Of a stretch of DNA of 52,988 nucleotides, positions 7,487-16,328 are shown in pieces. A program made the position numbers and the translations under genes. Every line of letters begins with the position of its first letter. Position 1 is the stretch's first letter. The notes under the pieces are model-generated. The model ran no database searches. It was not told the DNA's origin and saw only the letters and a list, made by a program, of their open reading frames with translations. This stretch comes from a virus (taxonomy: Duplodnaviria; Caudoviricetes), in the IMG/VR virus record IMGVR_UViG_3300023184_000168, positions 1 to 52,988 of that record. One strand, given 5' to 3'.

Positions 7487-8727
7487 TGCCAAAAAATGAG
7501 GTACTATGCGTAGTACCTTGGGTTCATTTAAATTTTGAACCAGATGGTAAGGTAATTCCGTGTTGCCTAACAAACAGTTATAATTATTTTGTTGGAGATC
7601 TTAATAAAGACTCAATTGAAGAAATTTGGAATAGTGAAAATATGAAAGGCCTTCGTAGGCAATTTATAGAAGGTAATAAACCTAAAATATGTTCTAGTTG
7701 TTTTGACTTAGAAAAAACAACAAAAAAAAGTGTACGTTATTTTAGAAATAAAGAATTTTCCGATGTAATAAATATTATACCAGATGTTACAGAGCCCGAC
7801 GGTACTTGTAATACTTTAGAATTAAAATTTTGGGATTTTAGATTTAGCAACTTGTGTAATTTTAAATGTCGATCATGTGGACCAAGATATAGTTCTGCCT
7901 GGGTATCAGATTTTAAAAAACTTAAATGGTCAAATCAAGAAAAAGTTTGGAATATACAAGGCATAGAAAAACAATCCAATTTTGAATTTTTAAAAACTCA
8001 AATACCATATGTGAATCAAATTTATTTTGCGGGTGGTGAGCCATTGCTTATGCAAGAACACTGGCAAATTTTAGATCTACTTACAGAACATAAAAAATTT
8101 AATGTTAAAATTAATTATAGTACTAATTGTTCAACATTTAAATATAATGGAAAAAATGTTTTAAATTATTGGAAACAATGGAATAATAACAAAATTGAAA
8201 TATTACCTAGCATTGATGAAATCGAAGAAAGAGCAGAATTGATTAGGCATGGTACTGAATGGAACGTAGTAGAAAAAAATTTAAAGTTATTAGTTCAACT
8301 TGATAATGTTAGTATTAAACCTTGTATAACTGTTGGTGCATGGAATGTCAAAAGGCTTCCGGTGATAATTAGTCGATTAATAGAAATTGGTGTTATTAAC
8401 ATAAAAAAGCAGTATCAAAATTTTGTTATTAATTTATTAGAACAACCTTCATATTATCATGTACACATTTTGCCAAATCAATATCGTAAAGAAGTGATAA
8501 TTGAATTGAAAGAGTTTATTTCTAATTATAATAAAACATACAACACATCAATAGACCATATATTTCTTCAAATTATAGAAGAATTAGATAAACCATACAA
8601 TCAAGCAAGTGCTAAAGAATTTTTGTGGTATACGGAACAAATAGATTCAATTAGAAATGAAAATTTGTTTACAACGATTCCAGAACTATGTATAATAAAA
8701 GAGATAAATCAAAAGGAAATACAATGA
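7486..8727 (+). CDS. radical SAM protein with N-terminal twitch/SPASM-like Fe-S domain
   Basis: CVVPW...PDGKVIPCC...CSSC, then CNFKCRSC and FAGGEP; ATG overlaps the queE stop; very AT-rich. Confidence 0.85.
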   Translation: MPKNEVLCVVPWVHLNFEPDGKVIPCCLTNSYNYFVGDLNKDSIEEIWNSENMKGLRRQFIEGNKPKICSSCFDLEKTTKKSVRYFRNKEFSDVINIIPDVTEPDGTCNTLELKFWDFRFSNLCNFKCRSCGPRYSSAWVSDFKKLKWSNQEKVWNIQGIEKQSNFEFLKTQIPYVNQIYFAGGEPLLMQEHWQILDLLTEHKKFNVKINYSTNCSTFKYNGKNVLNYWKQWNNNKIEILPSIDEIEERAELIRHGTEWNVVEKNLKLLVQLDNVSIKPCITVGAWNVKRLPVIISRLIEIGVINIKKQYQNFVINLLEQPSYYHVHILPNQYRKEVIIELKEFISNYNKTYNTSIDHIFLQIIEELDKPYNQASAKEFLWYTEQIDSIRNENLFTTIPELCIIKEINQKEIQ

Positions 8728-9128
8728 AAGATTTTTTTAGAAAGTTGTTAGGAATTGGGGAAAAGGTAGAAACACCACTGTTACCAGAATCTAAAGAAGT
8801 TCCACAGATACCTAAAGTTAAACTAGTTAAAAAAACTCCAAAAGAGATTGCTACGGAAAAGAAAGAGCCCTGGGTAGCAGTATTAGATACTCATGTCAAT
8901 AAAGATAATATTCGAAATGGCTTCTTTGAACTTGATTGGAACGAGTATTTTGTGTTACAATTAAAGAGTAACGGCTATCAAGGTGATACTGAGGAATCCA
9001 TTGTTGATCAATGGTTCCAAGACCTTTGCAGGAATATCGGAAGCGAAGCAGATATTAATATGGATCGTCGCGGTAGCGGCTACATCAATGTTAATAATTT
9101 AGGCAATGGTAAATCGGAAATCTCTTAA
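8724..9128 (+). CDS. hypothetical protein
   Basis: ATG 8724 after AAGGA, overlaps the previous stop; coupled to the exonuclease gene. Confidence 0.75.
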   Translation: MKDFFRKLLGIGEKVETPLLPESKEVPQIPKVKLVKKTPKEIATEKKEPWVAVLDTHVNKDNIRNGFFELDWNEYFVLQLKSNGYQGDTEESIVDQWFQDLCRNIGSEADINMDRRGSGYINVNNLGNGKSEIS

Positions 9129-10120
9129 TGAACAAAACATATATTCTTGTAGATACAGCAAACACATTCTTTCGTGCTAGGCACGCCACTCGTGGCGATC
9201 TTAATGACAAGATTGGAATGAGTCTTGCTACTGTATTGGGCAGTGTACGCAAAGCATGGCGTGACTTTAAAGGTGATCATGTCATCTTCTTTTTAGAAGG
9301 TCGCAGTTGGCGAAAGGATGTTTATGCTCCTTATAAACGACAACGTACAGAAGCCCGTGCTGCTCAAAGCCCTAGAGAAGCAGAAGAAGATCGTGTATTT
9401 TGGGAGACATTTGATGAATTTAAAGAGTATATTACTAACAAGACCAACTGTACAGTATTACAGCATCAACAATTAGAAGCAGATGATTTGATTGCAGGTT
9501 GGATACAAAGTCATCCCGCCGACAATCATATTATTATTTCAACAGATGGAGATTTTGCACAACTTATTGCACCCAATGTTCGCCAATATAATGGTGTAAT
9601 GCAGATCACAACCACGCACGAGGGATATTTTGATGAAAAGGGTAAGCCTGTCAAAGATAAGAAAACTGGCGAAGCAAAAGGCGCACCGGACCCAGAATGG
9701 TTACTCTTTGAGAAGTGTATGCGTGGCGACACCTCCGACAATATCTTTAGTGCGTATCCGGGAGTACGTGAGAAAGGCACAAAGAATAAAGTTGGTCTCC
9801 GTGATGCGTTTTCCGATAGAGAATCCAAAGGCTATTCTTGGAACAATCTCATGTTGCAACGTTGGACCGACCACGAAGGTGTTGAGCATCGTGTACTAGA
9901 CGATTATCAACGTAATGTACAATTGTGTGATCTAACAGCACAGCCAACTGAGATTAAATCTATTATTAGTGAAACAATAGAAACTGCTACAAAGTCAGAA
10001 AAGAATATTCCACAAGTAGGAGTAAGATTGCTTAAACTTTGTTCTGAATATGATCTGATTAAGATCAGTGAACAGGTACAAAGTTATGCAGAGCCATTGA
10101 ATGCGAGGTATATAGCATGA
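9128..10120 (+). CDS. rnh: 5'-3' exonuclease / T4 RNase H-like flap endonuclease
   Basis: ILVD, SWRK..Y..YK..R, EADDLI, ISTDGDFAQL and GDTSDNI motifs of the FEN family. Confidence 0.88.
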   Translation: MNKTYILVDTANTFFRARHATRGDLNDKIGMSLATVLGSVRKAWRDFKGDHVIFFLEGRSWRKDVYAPYKRQRTEARAAQSPREAEEDRVFWETFDEFKEYITNKTNCTVLQHQQLEADDLIAGWIQSHPADNHIIISTDGDFAQLIAPNVRQYNGVMQITTTHEGYFDEKGKPVKDKKTGEAKGAPDPEWLLFEKCMRGDTSDNIFSAYPGVREKGTKNKVGLRDAFSDRESKGYSWNNLMLQRWTDHEGVEHRVLDDYQRNVQLCDLTAQPTEIKSIISETIETATKSEKNIPQVGVRLLKLCSEYDLIKISEQVQSYAEPLNARYIA

Positions 10121-10584
10121 ATGCAGTAATTTCAAAAGTATTAATTCCTAATAAAGAATGGATCATAGAAGATTCAGGTAAGAAAATTGGATCTATTGCT
10201 AAAAATAAAAAAGGATATATCTTTTTACATAAAGGTAAAATGATTAATATTAAAAATTTTAAAGATGTAGTTGAAAAGTTAGATACTATTGATACTAAAC
10301 GTAATTTTGAAATAGAACCAATTAATCATACTATCTATAACTATCCATGTAGTTCAAAACCATTTGAACCTGTATATAATGTAAAAAAGAAACTACCATT
10401 GTATGCAAAAAGTTCTAAAAGTAAAAGTCAATATTGTGCAGGTTTTTATGTAATTCAATTCCGTAAAGGTTGGGTTAAAAGTTTTTGCCCTAAACTAATT
10501 ACATTAGAACGTTATCCATATCATGGTCCTTTTAAAACGGAACAAGAAATGAAAAATATGTTGAATACCATTAATAAAATATGA
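10117..10584 (+). CDS. hypothetical protein
   Basis: 155 aa, ATGA-coupled. Confidence 0.75.
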   Translation: MNAVISKVLIPNKEWIIEDSGKKIGSIAKNKKGYIFLHKGKMINIKNFKDVVEKLDTIDTKRNFEIEPINHTIYNYPCSSKPFEPVYNVKKKLPLYAKSSKSKSQYCAGFYVIQFRKGWVKSFCPKLITLERYPYHGPFKTEQEMKNMLNTINKI

Positions 10585-10793
10585 AACAAATAAATGTAAT
10601 TCCAATTGAAGATTTTTTAAACAAAGCAAGAATTGCTAGAAAAAGTAATCAGACATCAATGACGTTAACGTCTACAGAATATACAGATTTGTATGATAGT
10701 CTTGCATTAGTTATGACGAGACTGACAGGTATCATAGATCAATCTAGTTCACAAGAAAATGTCGTGATTAAAATGGATGGTGGAAGTTTTTAA
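10581..10793 (+). CDS. small hypothetical protein
   Basis: 70 aa, ATGA-coupled. Confidence 0.7.
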   Translation: MKQINVIPIEDFLNKARIARKSNQTSMTLTSTEYTDLYDSLALVMTRLTGIIDQSSSQENVVIKMDGGSF

Positions 10794-10807
10794 TAAGAGA
10801 ATAAAAA

Positions 10808-11860
10808 ATGATAGTATGGTTTAATTGTAAAATATCAGATAATAGACTAAATCCAATTGGAGATAGATATAATCTTAGAACTGATTCTAGATTTGATGTA
10901 GCAAGATATACGTTTGCTAGTCTAGTACCTCTAGAACCAGTAATAAGTAAAATTATCTTTAATCTAGAATTAGATGGAGAACTAGTTGAGAGAAAAAAAG
11001 AAATGGAAGAATGGATTAATACATTGTTTCCTTTAGAAAAAATTAAAATATTTTGGCATAGATGTAATAACCTTGCACAGTGGAGAGAAATACAGCCAGA
11101 AATAGATTCAGTTGATGACGATCTAATATATCTTGCAGGTAATGATGATCATGTGTTTATTGATAGCAACACTGAAATTTATAAAAAAGGATTAGAGTTG
11201 CTAAAACAAGATCCGGATCCGAGAGCAGCAATGGCAAATTGCCATTATCCAGAACTACTTAGAGAAGCATATAATAGGGGAGCAACCTTAACACCGTGCG
11301 GTAATTTTTTAAATTACAATTTTGAAGCATCATATGCTTTTGTTGTAATTAAAAAAGAACTATACCATAGATTTTTAGATAAACTTGATCCTGATAGATA
11401 TGTGTATCGCATGGATGGCTGGGAATACACCGAAGTTTATTCAAAATGGTATGTTCCTACCAAAGAACTTTGCAGACACTATGACGGATATAATCATGTA
11501 AATATGGATCCAAACGCATGTCCACCAATAGATATACCAGTAGGCTTCTTTGATAAAAATATAAAAATTAGATATGGGTTCAATGATAGAGATCCTAGTT
11601 GTGTTAATATCAATCCATTGTCTGATAGGCTATATACAGTTGATAAAAATGGAGCAGATTACAAATTTACATTAGATGATATTCCTGCATTTTGGAAACC
11701 TTACATTGCAGATATAGAAATTGCCGATAATTTAAACAATTTTGAAATAGCCATTGCACGTAATCGGCATTATTTGAATTTAAGTAATTCTCGATTCTGG
11801 GGGCAGCAGACTAATGTACCGTTAGCATGGCTTAAACCGCATATGCTGAAGGCAAACTAA
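10808..11860 (+). CDS. hypothetical protein, possibly GT-A glycosyltransferase-like
   Basis: 350-aa ORF; DDLIYLAGNDDHVF resembles the strand plus acidic motif of GT-A folds (weak). Confidence 0.55.
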   Translation: MIVWFNCKISDNRLNPIGDRYNLRTDSRFDVARYTFASLVPLEPVISKIIFNLELDGELVERKKEMEEWINTLFPLEKIKIFWHRCNNLAQWREIQPEIDSVDDDLIYLAGNDDHVFIDSNTEIYKKGLELLKQDPDPRAAMANCHYPELLREAYNRGATLTPCGNFLNYNFEASYAFVVIKKELYHRFLDKLDPDRYVYRMDGWEYTEVYSKWYVPTKELCRHYDGYNHVNMDPNACPPIDIPVGFFDKNIKIRYGFNDRDPSCVNINPLSDRLYTVDKNGADYKFTLDDIPAFWKPYIADIEIADNLNNFEIAIARNRHYLNLSNSRFWGQQTNVPLAWLKPHMLKAN

Positions 11861-11883
11861 GGATATAAATTTAGCAAAATACG

Positions 11884-11919
11884 ATAAATATATACGCACT
11901 TTTCGGAGATACGTATATA
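11884..11919 (+). promoter_or_regulatory. late promoter overlapping an RBS-sequestering hairpin
   Basis: ATAAATA 11884-11890; stem TATATACGCA-CTT/TTCG/GAG-A-TACGTATATA (11889-11919) buries GGAG directly before ATG 11920. Confidence 0.65.
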
Positions 11920-12219
11920 ATGTCAAGACCTAAACCAAACATTCTTTTAGAAATAACAAATAAAAAATCTTATAAAACAGATCAAGTTTTAGAGTCCGAT
12001 GCCGTTTGGTCAGTGTTTTATCAAGACAAACCAATTAATTTGAAGACCAGTAGTGTAGTTGCACAAGATGTAGGGCCGAAATATAAGAAAGTATCATTTG
12101 CAAACAGTGGTCATGCATTTAATTTATCGGACAAATTGAATAAAATGTTTAATACAACAGAATTTTCCGTTTATAAACTAACTGCTGGTGAGAAAATCAC
12201 CGATGAATCAAAAACTTAA
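11920..12219 (+). CDS. hypothetical protein
   Basis: 99 aa with GGAG SD. Confidence 0.8.
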   Translation: MSRPKPNILLEITNKKSYKTDQVLESDAVWSVFYQDKPINLKTSSVVAQDVGPKYKKVSFANSGHAFNLSDKLNKMFNTTEFSVYKLTAGEKITDESKT

Positions 12220-12583
12220 AATTACCAATTACATTGCAGAACAACTCGGACTAGGTGTTGATAAACAATCTATAAGAAATCTGCTACAAGTATTGTGGCA
12301 AAATTTTAGAATTAAAGAAAAAGGCGGTTTAGGTCTTACTGATAAGGGCTTTGAGTGCTTAATTGAAGCCGATATTAAGTATCATAAAGTTGATTTTGAT
12401 GAGCCCATTGAAATAAACAATGCTCTTATACTTTGGATAGACAGGAATATCGACTGTCCGTTCTATATAACACCCAAATCTATCTATCTGTTTGGGGAAA
12501 GAATGGCCATACAACTGGTGTTATTTTCCGGAAATCTCCAAAAAATGCAAAGAGCACAGAAAAGATTTGCTGAAAAACAATAA
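12203..12583 (+). CDS. hypothetical protein
   Basis: ATG 12203 overlapping the end of the previous ORF; 126 aa. Confidence 0.7.
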   Translation: MNQKLKITNYIAEQLGLGVDKQSIRNLLQVLWQNFRIKEKGGLGLTDKGFECLIEADIKYHKVDFDEPIEINNALILWIDRNIDCPFYITPKSIYLFGERMAIQLVLFSGNLQKMQRAQKRFAEKQ

Positions 12584-12588
12584 AGTAC

Positions 12589-12617
12589 TTGACAATACGA
12601 CAGAACTATCGTATAAT
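12589..12617 (+). promoter_or_regulatory. perfect-consensus sigma70 promoter
   Basis: TTGACA 12589-12594, 17 bp, TATAAT 12612-12617. Confidence 0.92.
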
Positions 12618-12679
12618 TAATACATACTGAAGCATAGAGCATACAGTATTTTAATTAACTTTTTCACTGAAAGCATTTT

Positions 12680-13762
12680 ATGGCAGAAAAAATTTCCGCA
12701 AATCGTACTGTTAGCCCAAAAGAGGCTAAAGCAGCAATCCGCAAGTGCGTTAAGAAACAGCGCCCAGTGTTCATGTGGGGTCCCCCTGGTATTGGTAAGT
12801 CCGATATTATCAAACAACTAGGCGACGAACAAGGTCGTGAAGTCATTGATGTTCGTTTGAGTCTTTGGGAACCCACTGACATCAAAGGTATCCCGTACTA
12901 CAATAGTAATTCAAATACTATGACATGGGCTCCTCCCGCAGAACTGCCTACTGATCCAGAGTCTACTGCTATCCTGTTCTTGGATGAATTGAACTCAGCG
13001 GCTCCTGCTACACAGGCAGCGGCTTTTCAACTGGTTCTTAATCGTCGTGTTGGTACTTATATCTTGCCAAAAGGTGTTTCAATTGTTGCCGCAGGTAACC
13101 GTGAAACTGACAAGGGTGTTACTTATCGCATGCCTGCACCGTTGGCTAATCGTTTCTTGCACTTGGAATTACGTACAGACTACGAAGATTGGTTAGAATG
13201 GGCCGTTAATAATTTTGAGCACGAACAAGTTGTTGGTTACTTGGGCTTTGCTAAACAAGATTTGTACGATTTTGATCCGAAGAGTTCAAGTCGTGCATTC
13301 GCTACACCACGTAGTTGGCATTTTGTTAGTGAATTGCTTGACGATGATGATGTGACTGATTCCACATTGACTGATCTAATTGCAGGTGCAGTTGGTGAAG
13401 GCCTTGCTGTTAAGTTTATGGCTCATCGTCGTGTTGCTAAACAGATGCCTAACCCTAGTGATATCTTGTCAGGCAAAGTTAAGAAGTGCGAAATTAAAGA
13501 AATTTCTGCAATGTATTCTTTGAGCATTAGCCTATGCTATGAGTTGAAAGAAGCAGACCGTAAGAAAGTTAAAGGTTGGGACGAGATGGCCGATAACTTC
13601 TTCTTGTTCTTGATGGATAATTTTCCAACTGAACTAATTGTTATGGGTGCTAAAGTTGCATTGACTAATTATGAATTGCCATTTGATGCAAGTAAGTTGA
13701 AAAACTTTGATCGCTTCCATGAAAAGTACGGCAAGTACATTATTACTGCAATGGAAGGCTAA
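12680..13762 (+). CDS. MoxR-like AAA+ ATPase
   Basis: Walker A GPPGIGKS, Walker B ILFLDE, AAGN sensor, LANRF Arg finger, TPRSW; next to a VWA gene. Confidence 0.88.
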   Translation: MAEKISANRTVSPKEAKAAIRKCVKKQRPVFMWGPPGIGKSDIIKQLGDEQGREVIDVRLSLWEPTDIKGIPYYNSNSNTMTWAPPAELPTDPESTAILFLDELNSAAPATQAAAFQLVLNRRVGTYILPKGVSIVAAGNRETDKGVTYRMPAPLANRFLHLELRTDYEDWLEWAVNNFEHEQVVGYLGFAKQDLYDFDPKSSSRAFATPRSWHFVSELLDDDDVTDSTLTDLIAGAVGEGLAVKFMAHRRVAKQMPNPSDILSGKVKKCEIKEISAMYSLSISLCYELKEADRKKVKGWDEMADNFFLFLMDNFPTELIVMGAKVALTNYELPFDASKLKNFDRFHEKYGKYIITAMEG

Positions 13763-13787
13763 AAAAGAGCCCCTAGGGGCTCTTTTT
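13762..13787. terminator. bidirectional intrinsic terminator
   Basis: Perfect 26-bp palindrome AAAAAGAGCCCCTAGGGGCTCTTTTT right at the ATPase stop. Confidence 0.88.
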
Positions 13788-13789
13788 AC

Positions 13790-13818
13790 TTGCTCTTTTG
13801 ATAAATTTAATGTATAAT
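13790..13818 (+). promoter_or_regulatory. sigma70-type promoter
   Basis: TTGCTC 13790-13795, 17 bp, TATAAT 13813-13818. Confidence 0.75.
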
Positions 13819-13846
13819 ATACACTTAAACACTAAAAGGATATGCT

Positions 13847-15103
13847 ATGTCTAAAATAATGAAACAAGAACGCAGTAAAAAAGATTGGTCTGATCGGCAA
13901 TTTACTGCTGCTGAAAAAAATAAAATTGTAGAAAAACTTATTACTGCTCGTGTTGGGCTTCTATTGCGTCATCCTTTCTTTGGCAATCTTGCCACACGTA
14001 TGCAATTAATTGATGCTAGTGATTGGTGTTCTACATTAGCAACAGATGGTAGAAACTTTTATTACAACAATGGATTTGTACACAAACTAACTCCTAAAGA
14101 AGCAGAATTTGGTTTTGGTCATGAAGTACTACATAATGTATTTGACCATATGGGACGTCGAGAGAATCGAGATCCTCAACTATCAAACATTGCTGCCGAC
14201 TATGCTGCTAATCAAATTCTTAAAGATGAACGCATTGGAATGTTTCCTAGTTTCATGTCTTGTTTTCAAGATGACAAATATCGTGGAATGAGTTATGAAG
14301 AGATTTATCATATCCTTGAAGAAAAGTCAATTAAAATTGATATGTCTACTCTCGGTGAATTGCTAGACGAACATTTAGATGATGGGGAAGAAGGTGAAGG
14401 AGGCAACGAAGGAGATGACGAAGGTAAGGGCAAAGGTCGTCCAAAACTAACGGCTGAAGAAAAGAAAGCCATCCGTGACGAAATGAAGGAAGCCATTGTA
14501 GCAGCCGCACAGGCCGCAGGTGCTGGTAGGGTGCCTGCAGGTATCCAACGTATGATTAGCGACTTCACTGAACCTAAAATGGATTGGCGTCAGATTTTGC
14601 GTATGCAAATACAAAGCATCTTCAAAAGCAATTACAGTTTTACACGACCTAATCGTAAGAGTCAACATTGCGGTGCTATCTTGCCCGGAATGATGAATGA
14701 AGAAACCATCGATGTATCGGTTGCTATTGACATGAGTGGAAGTATTTCGGATGTAATGGCTAAAGACTTTATCAGTGAAGTTAAAGGTATTATGGATGAG
14801 TACAAAGACTTCAAATTAGACCTGTGGTGCTTTGATACCGAAGTATATAACTATGCTAAATTTACCGGCGATACTGCCGACGAAATCTTAGACTACAAAG
14901 TTAAAGGTGGCGGCGGTACAGACTTCGATGTTAACTATAATTTCATGAAAGAAGAAGGTATTGAGCCTAAAAAATTCATCATGTTTACTGATGGATACCC
15001 TTGCGGTAGTTGGGGCGACGAGGATTATTGCGAAAGTTTGTTTGTTATTCACGGCAATGAAACCATAATTGCACCATTTGGTGAGACTGCTTATTATAAA
15101 TAA
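13847..15103 (+). CDS. metallopeptidase-like (HExxH) + VWA domain protein (DUF2201-like)
   Basis: ATDG, HEVLH, acidic Gly linker, MIDAS DMSGS, GGGGTDF, FTDG. Confidence 0.88.
   Translation: MSKIMKQERSKKDWSDRQFTAAEKNKIVEKLITARVGLLLRHPFFGNLATRMQLIDASDWCSTLATDGRNFYYNNGFVHKLTPKEAEFGFGHEVLHNVFDHMGRRENRDPQLSNIAADYAANQILKDERIGMFPSFMSCFQDDKYRGMSYEEIYHILEEKSIKIDMSTLGELLDEHLDDGEEGEGGNEGDDEGKGKGRPKLTAEEKKAIRDEMKEAIVAAAQAAGAGRVPAGIQRMISDFTEPKMDWRQILRMQIQSIFKSNYSFTRPNRKSQHCGAILPGMMNEETIDVSVAIDMSGSISDVMAKDFISEVKGIMDEYKDFKLDLWCFDTEVYNYAKFTGDTADEILDYKVKGGGGTDFDVNYNFMKEEGIEPKKFIMFTDGYPCGSWGDEDYCESLFVIHGNETIIAPFGETAYYK
15095..15102 (+). promoter_or_regulatory. late promoter TATAAATA
   Basis: Exact motif overlapping the VWA stop codon, 13 nt before ATG 15116. 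Confidence 0.6.
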
Positions 15104-15115
15104 AGTAGGTATATA

Positions 15116-15400
15116 ATGTCTTTAAATAGAGGAGAATTAAATGCTCTTGGAGTTTTGGGTTTTAGGAAACTAACCTTTATTCCGGAGCATTTTACAAAAC
15201 TCTCAATAGAGCATAGATACAATGTTAAGGACATCGAACATTGGATTGAATATAACTTGAATAGTAGATATGCTGTTCAAGACAGTTTTGATTTAGATTC
15301 AAATAGGAAACTTGTTCCTATCATAGAGATAGGAATTGAAGATCCAAAAGAACTAACCATGCTGGTAATAGGATGCAAACATTTACATAAGGAAAAATAA
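15116..15400 (+). CDS. hypothetical protein
   Basis: 94 aa, AGGT SD. Confidence 0.75.
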   Translation: MSLNRGELNALGVLGFRKLTFIPEHFTKLSIEHRYNVKDIEHWIEYNLNSRYAVQDSFDLDSNRKLVPIIEIGIEDPKELTMLVIGCKHLHKEK

Positions 15401-15401
15401 A

Positions 15402-15665
15402 ATGGAAAATCAAGAAGCACAAGTAGCAACCCCAGGTGGTATTGGCGGAGTTCCCCCAGAAGGTGTAACAATGCCTCAAAATACTCCAGAACTTACAATT
15501 AATGATTTAGGCAATTTGCGAGCAATTGTTGATGCTGCTGTTCGTCGTGGAGCATTTGCCGCTGCTGAAGCAACATCAGTCGGCGCAACATTTGATAAAC
15601 TAAATGCATTTCTAAATGCAGTAGCACCACCGAAGCCTGAAGAGCAATCTGCAGTCGAAGAATAA
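15402..15665 (+). CDS. hypothetical protein
   Basis: 87 aa, TAAGGA SD. Confidence 0.75.
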   Translation: MENQEAQVATPGGIGGVPPEGVTMPQNTPELTINDLGNLRAIVDAAVRRGAFAAAEATSVGATFDKLNAFLNAVAPPKPEEQSAVEE

Positions 15666-15680
15666 TATAAGGAGAGTAGC

Positions 15681-16328
15681 ATGGCTAAATTTACCAAACA
15701 TGTAGGAAAGATGAAAAACAATTCGGCTAGGATAGCCATTGTTTACAGAACCTTACCTGGAGATCCTAATAGTGCATTGGTAGTAGGTACCAATGGACTT
15801 ACTGATGCATATCATGATTCATTAATGAGTCTAATTGATAGTGACGCCGGACAACAAGCAAATGAACTTGCAGATGTTATGGCAGTACGTCGATTCCCAG
15901 ATGGAACCGTCATGCTACAATACTTACATGCTAATGGACATCTTAAAAAAGTTCCTACTAGTCTTGTACTGGTGACACCTAATGCTCAAACTGCAATTCA
16001 ACTTAACGAAGTTAATGAACAAATTGCATTAGAAAAAGGTGTTAAATTAGATGAACTAGCAGTAACAGATGGAACCACTCCACCTGCGTCAAAGACTAGT
16101 ACAGTTACAGAAGAAATTATTCTACCAGATGTTGTAGTACAGGATACAAAAAAATCCGTAGTAGTTGAAACTACTGAAGAAATTTCTGACCCTGTGTTGG
16201 TTGCAAAACAATATCGTTCTAAGGCTGACAAGTTGGCTAAGGATGCTGCTAATTTCCGTAGAATGGCAGACGCCATTGATCCACCAAAGGCCAAAGAATC
16301 CAAGGCTAAGAAAACTGTTGCGGCTTAA
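15681..16328 (+). CDS. hypothetical protein
   Basis: 215 aa, TAAGGAG SD, coupled to thyA. Confidence 0.8.
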   Translation: MAKFTKHVGKMKNNSARIAIVYRTLPGDPNSALVVGTNGLTDAYHDSLMSLIDSDAGQQANELADVMAVRRFPDGTVMLQYLHANGHLKKVPTSLVLVTPNAQTAIQLNEVNEQIALEKGVKLDELAVTDGTTPPASKTSTVTEEIILPDVVVQDTKKSVVVETTEEISDPVLVAKQYRSKADKLAKDAANFRRMADAIDPPKAKESKAKKTVAA

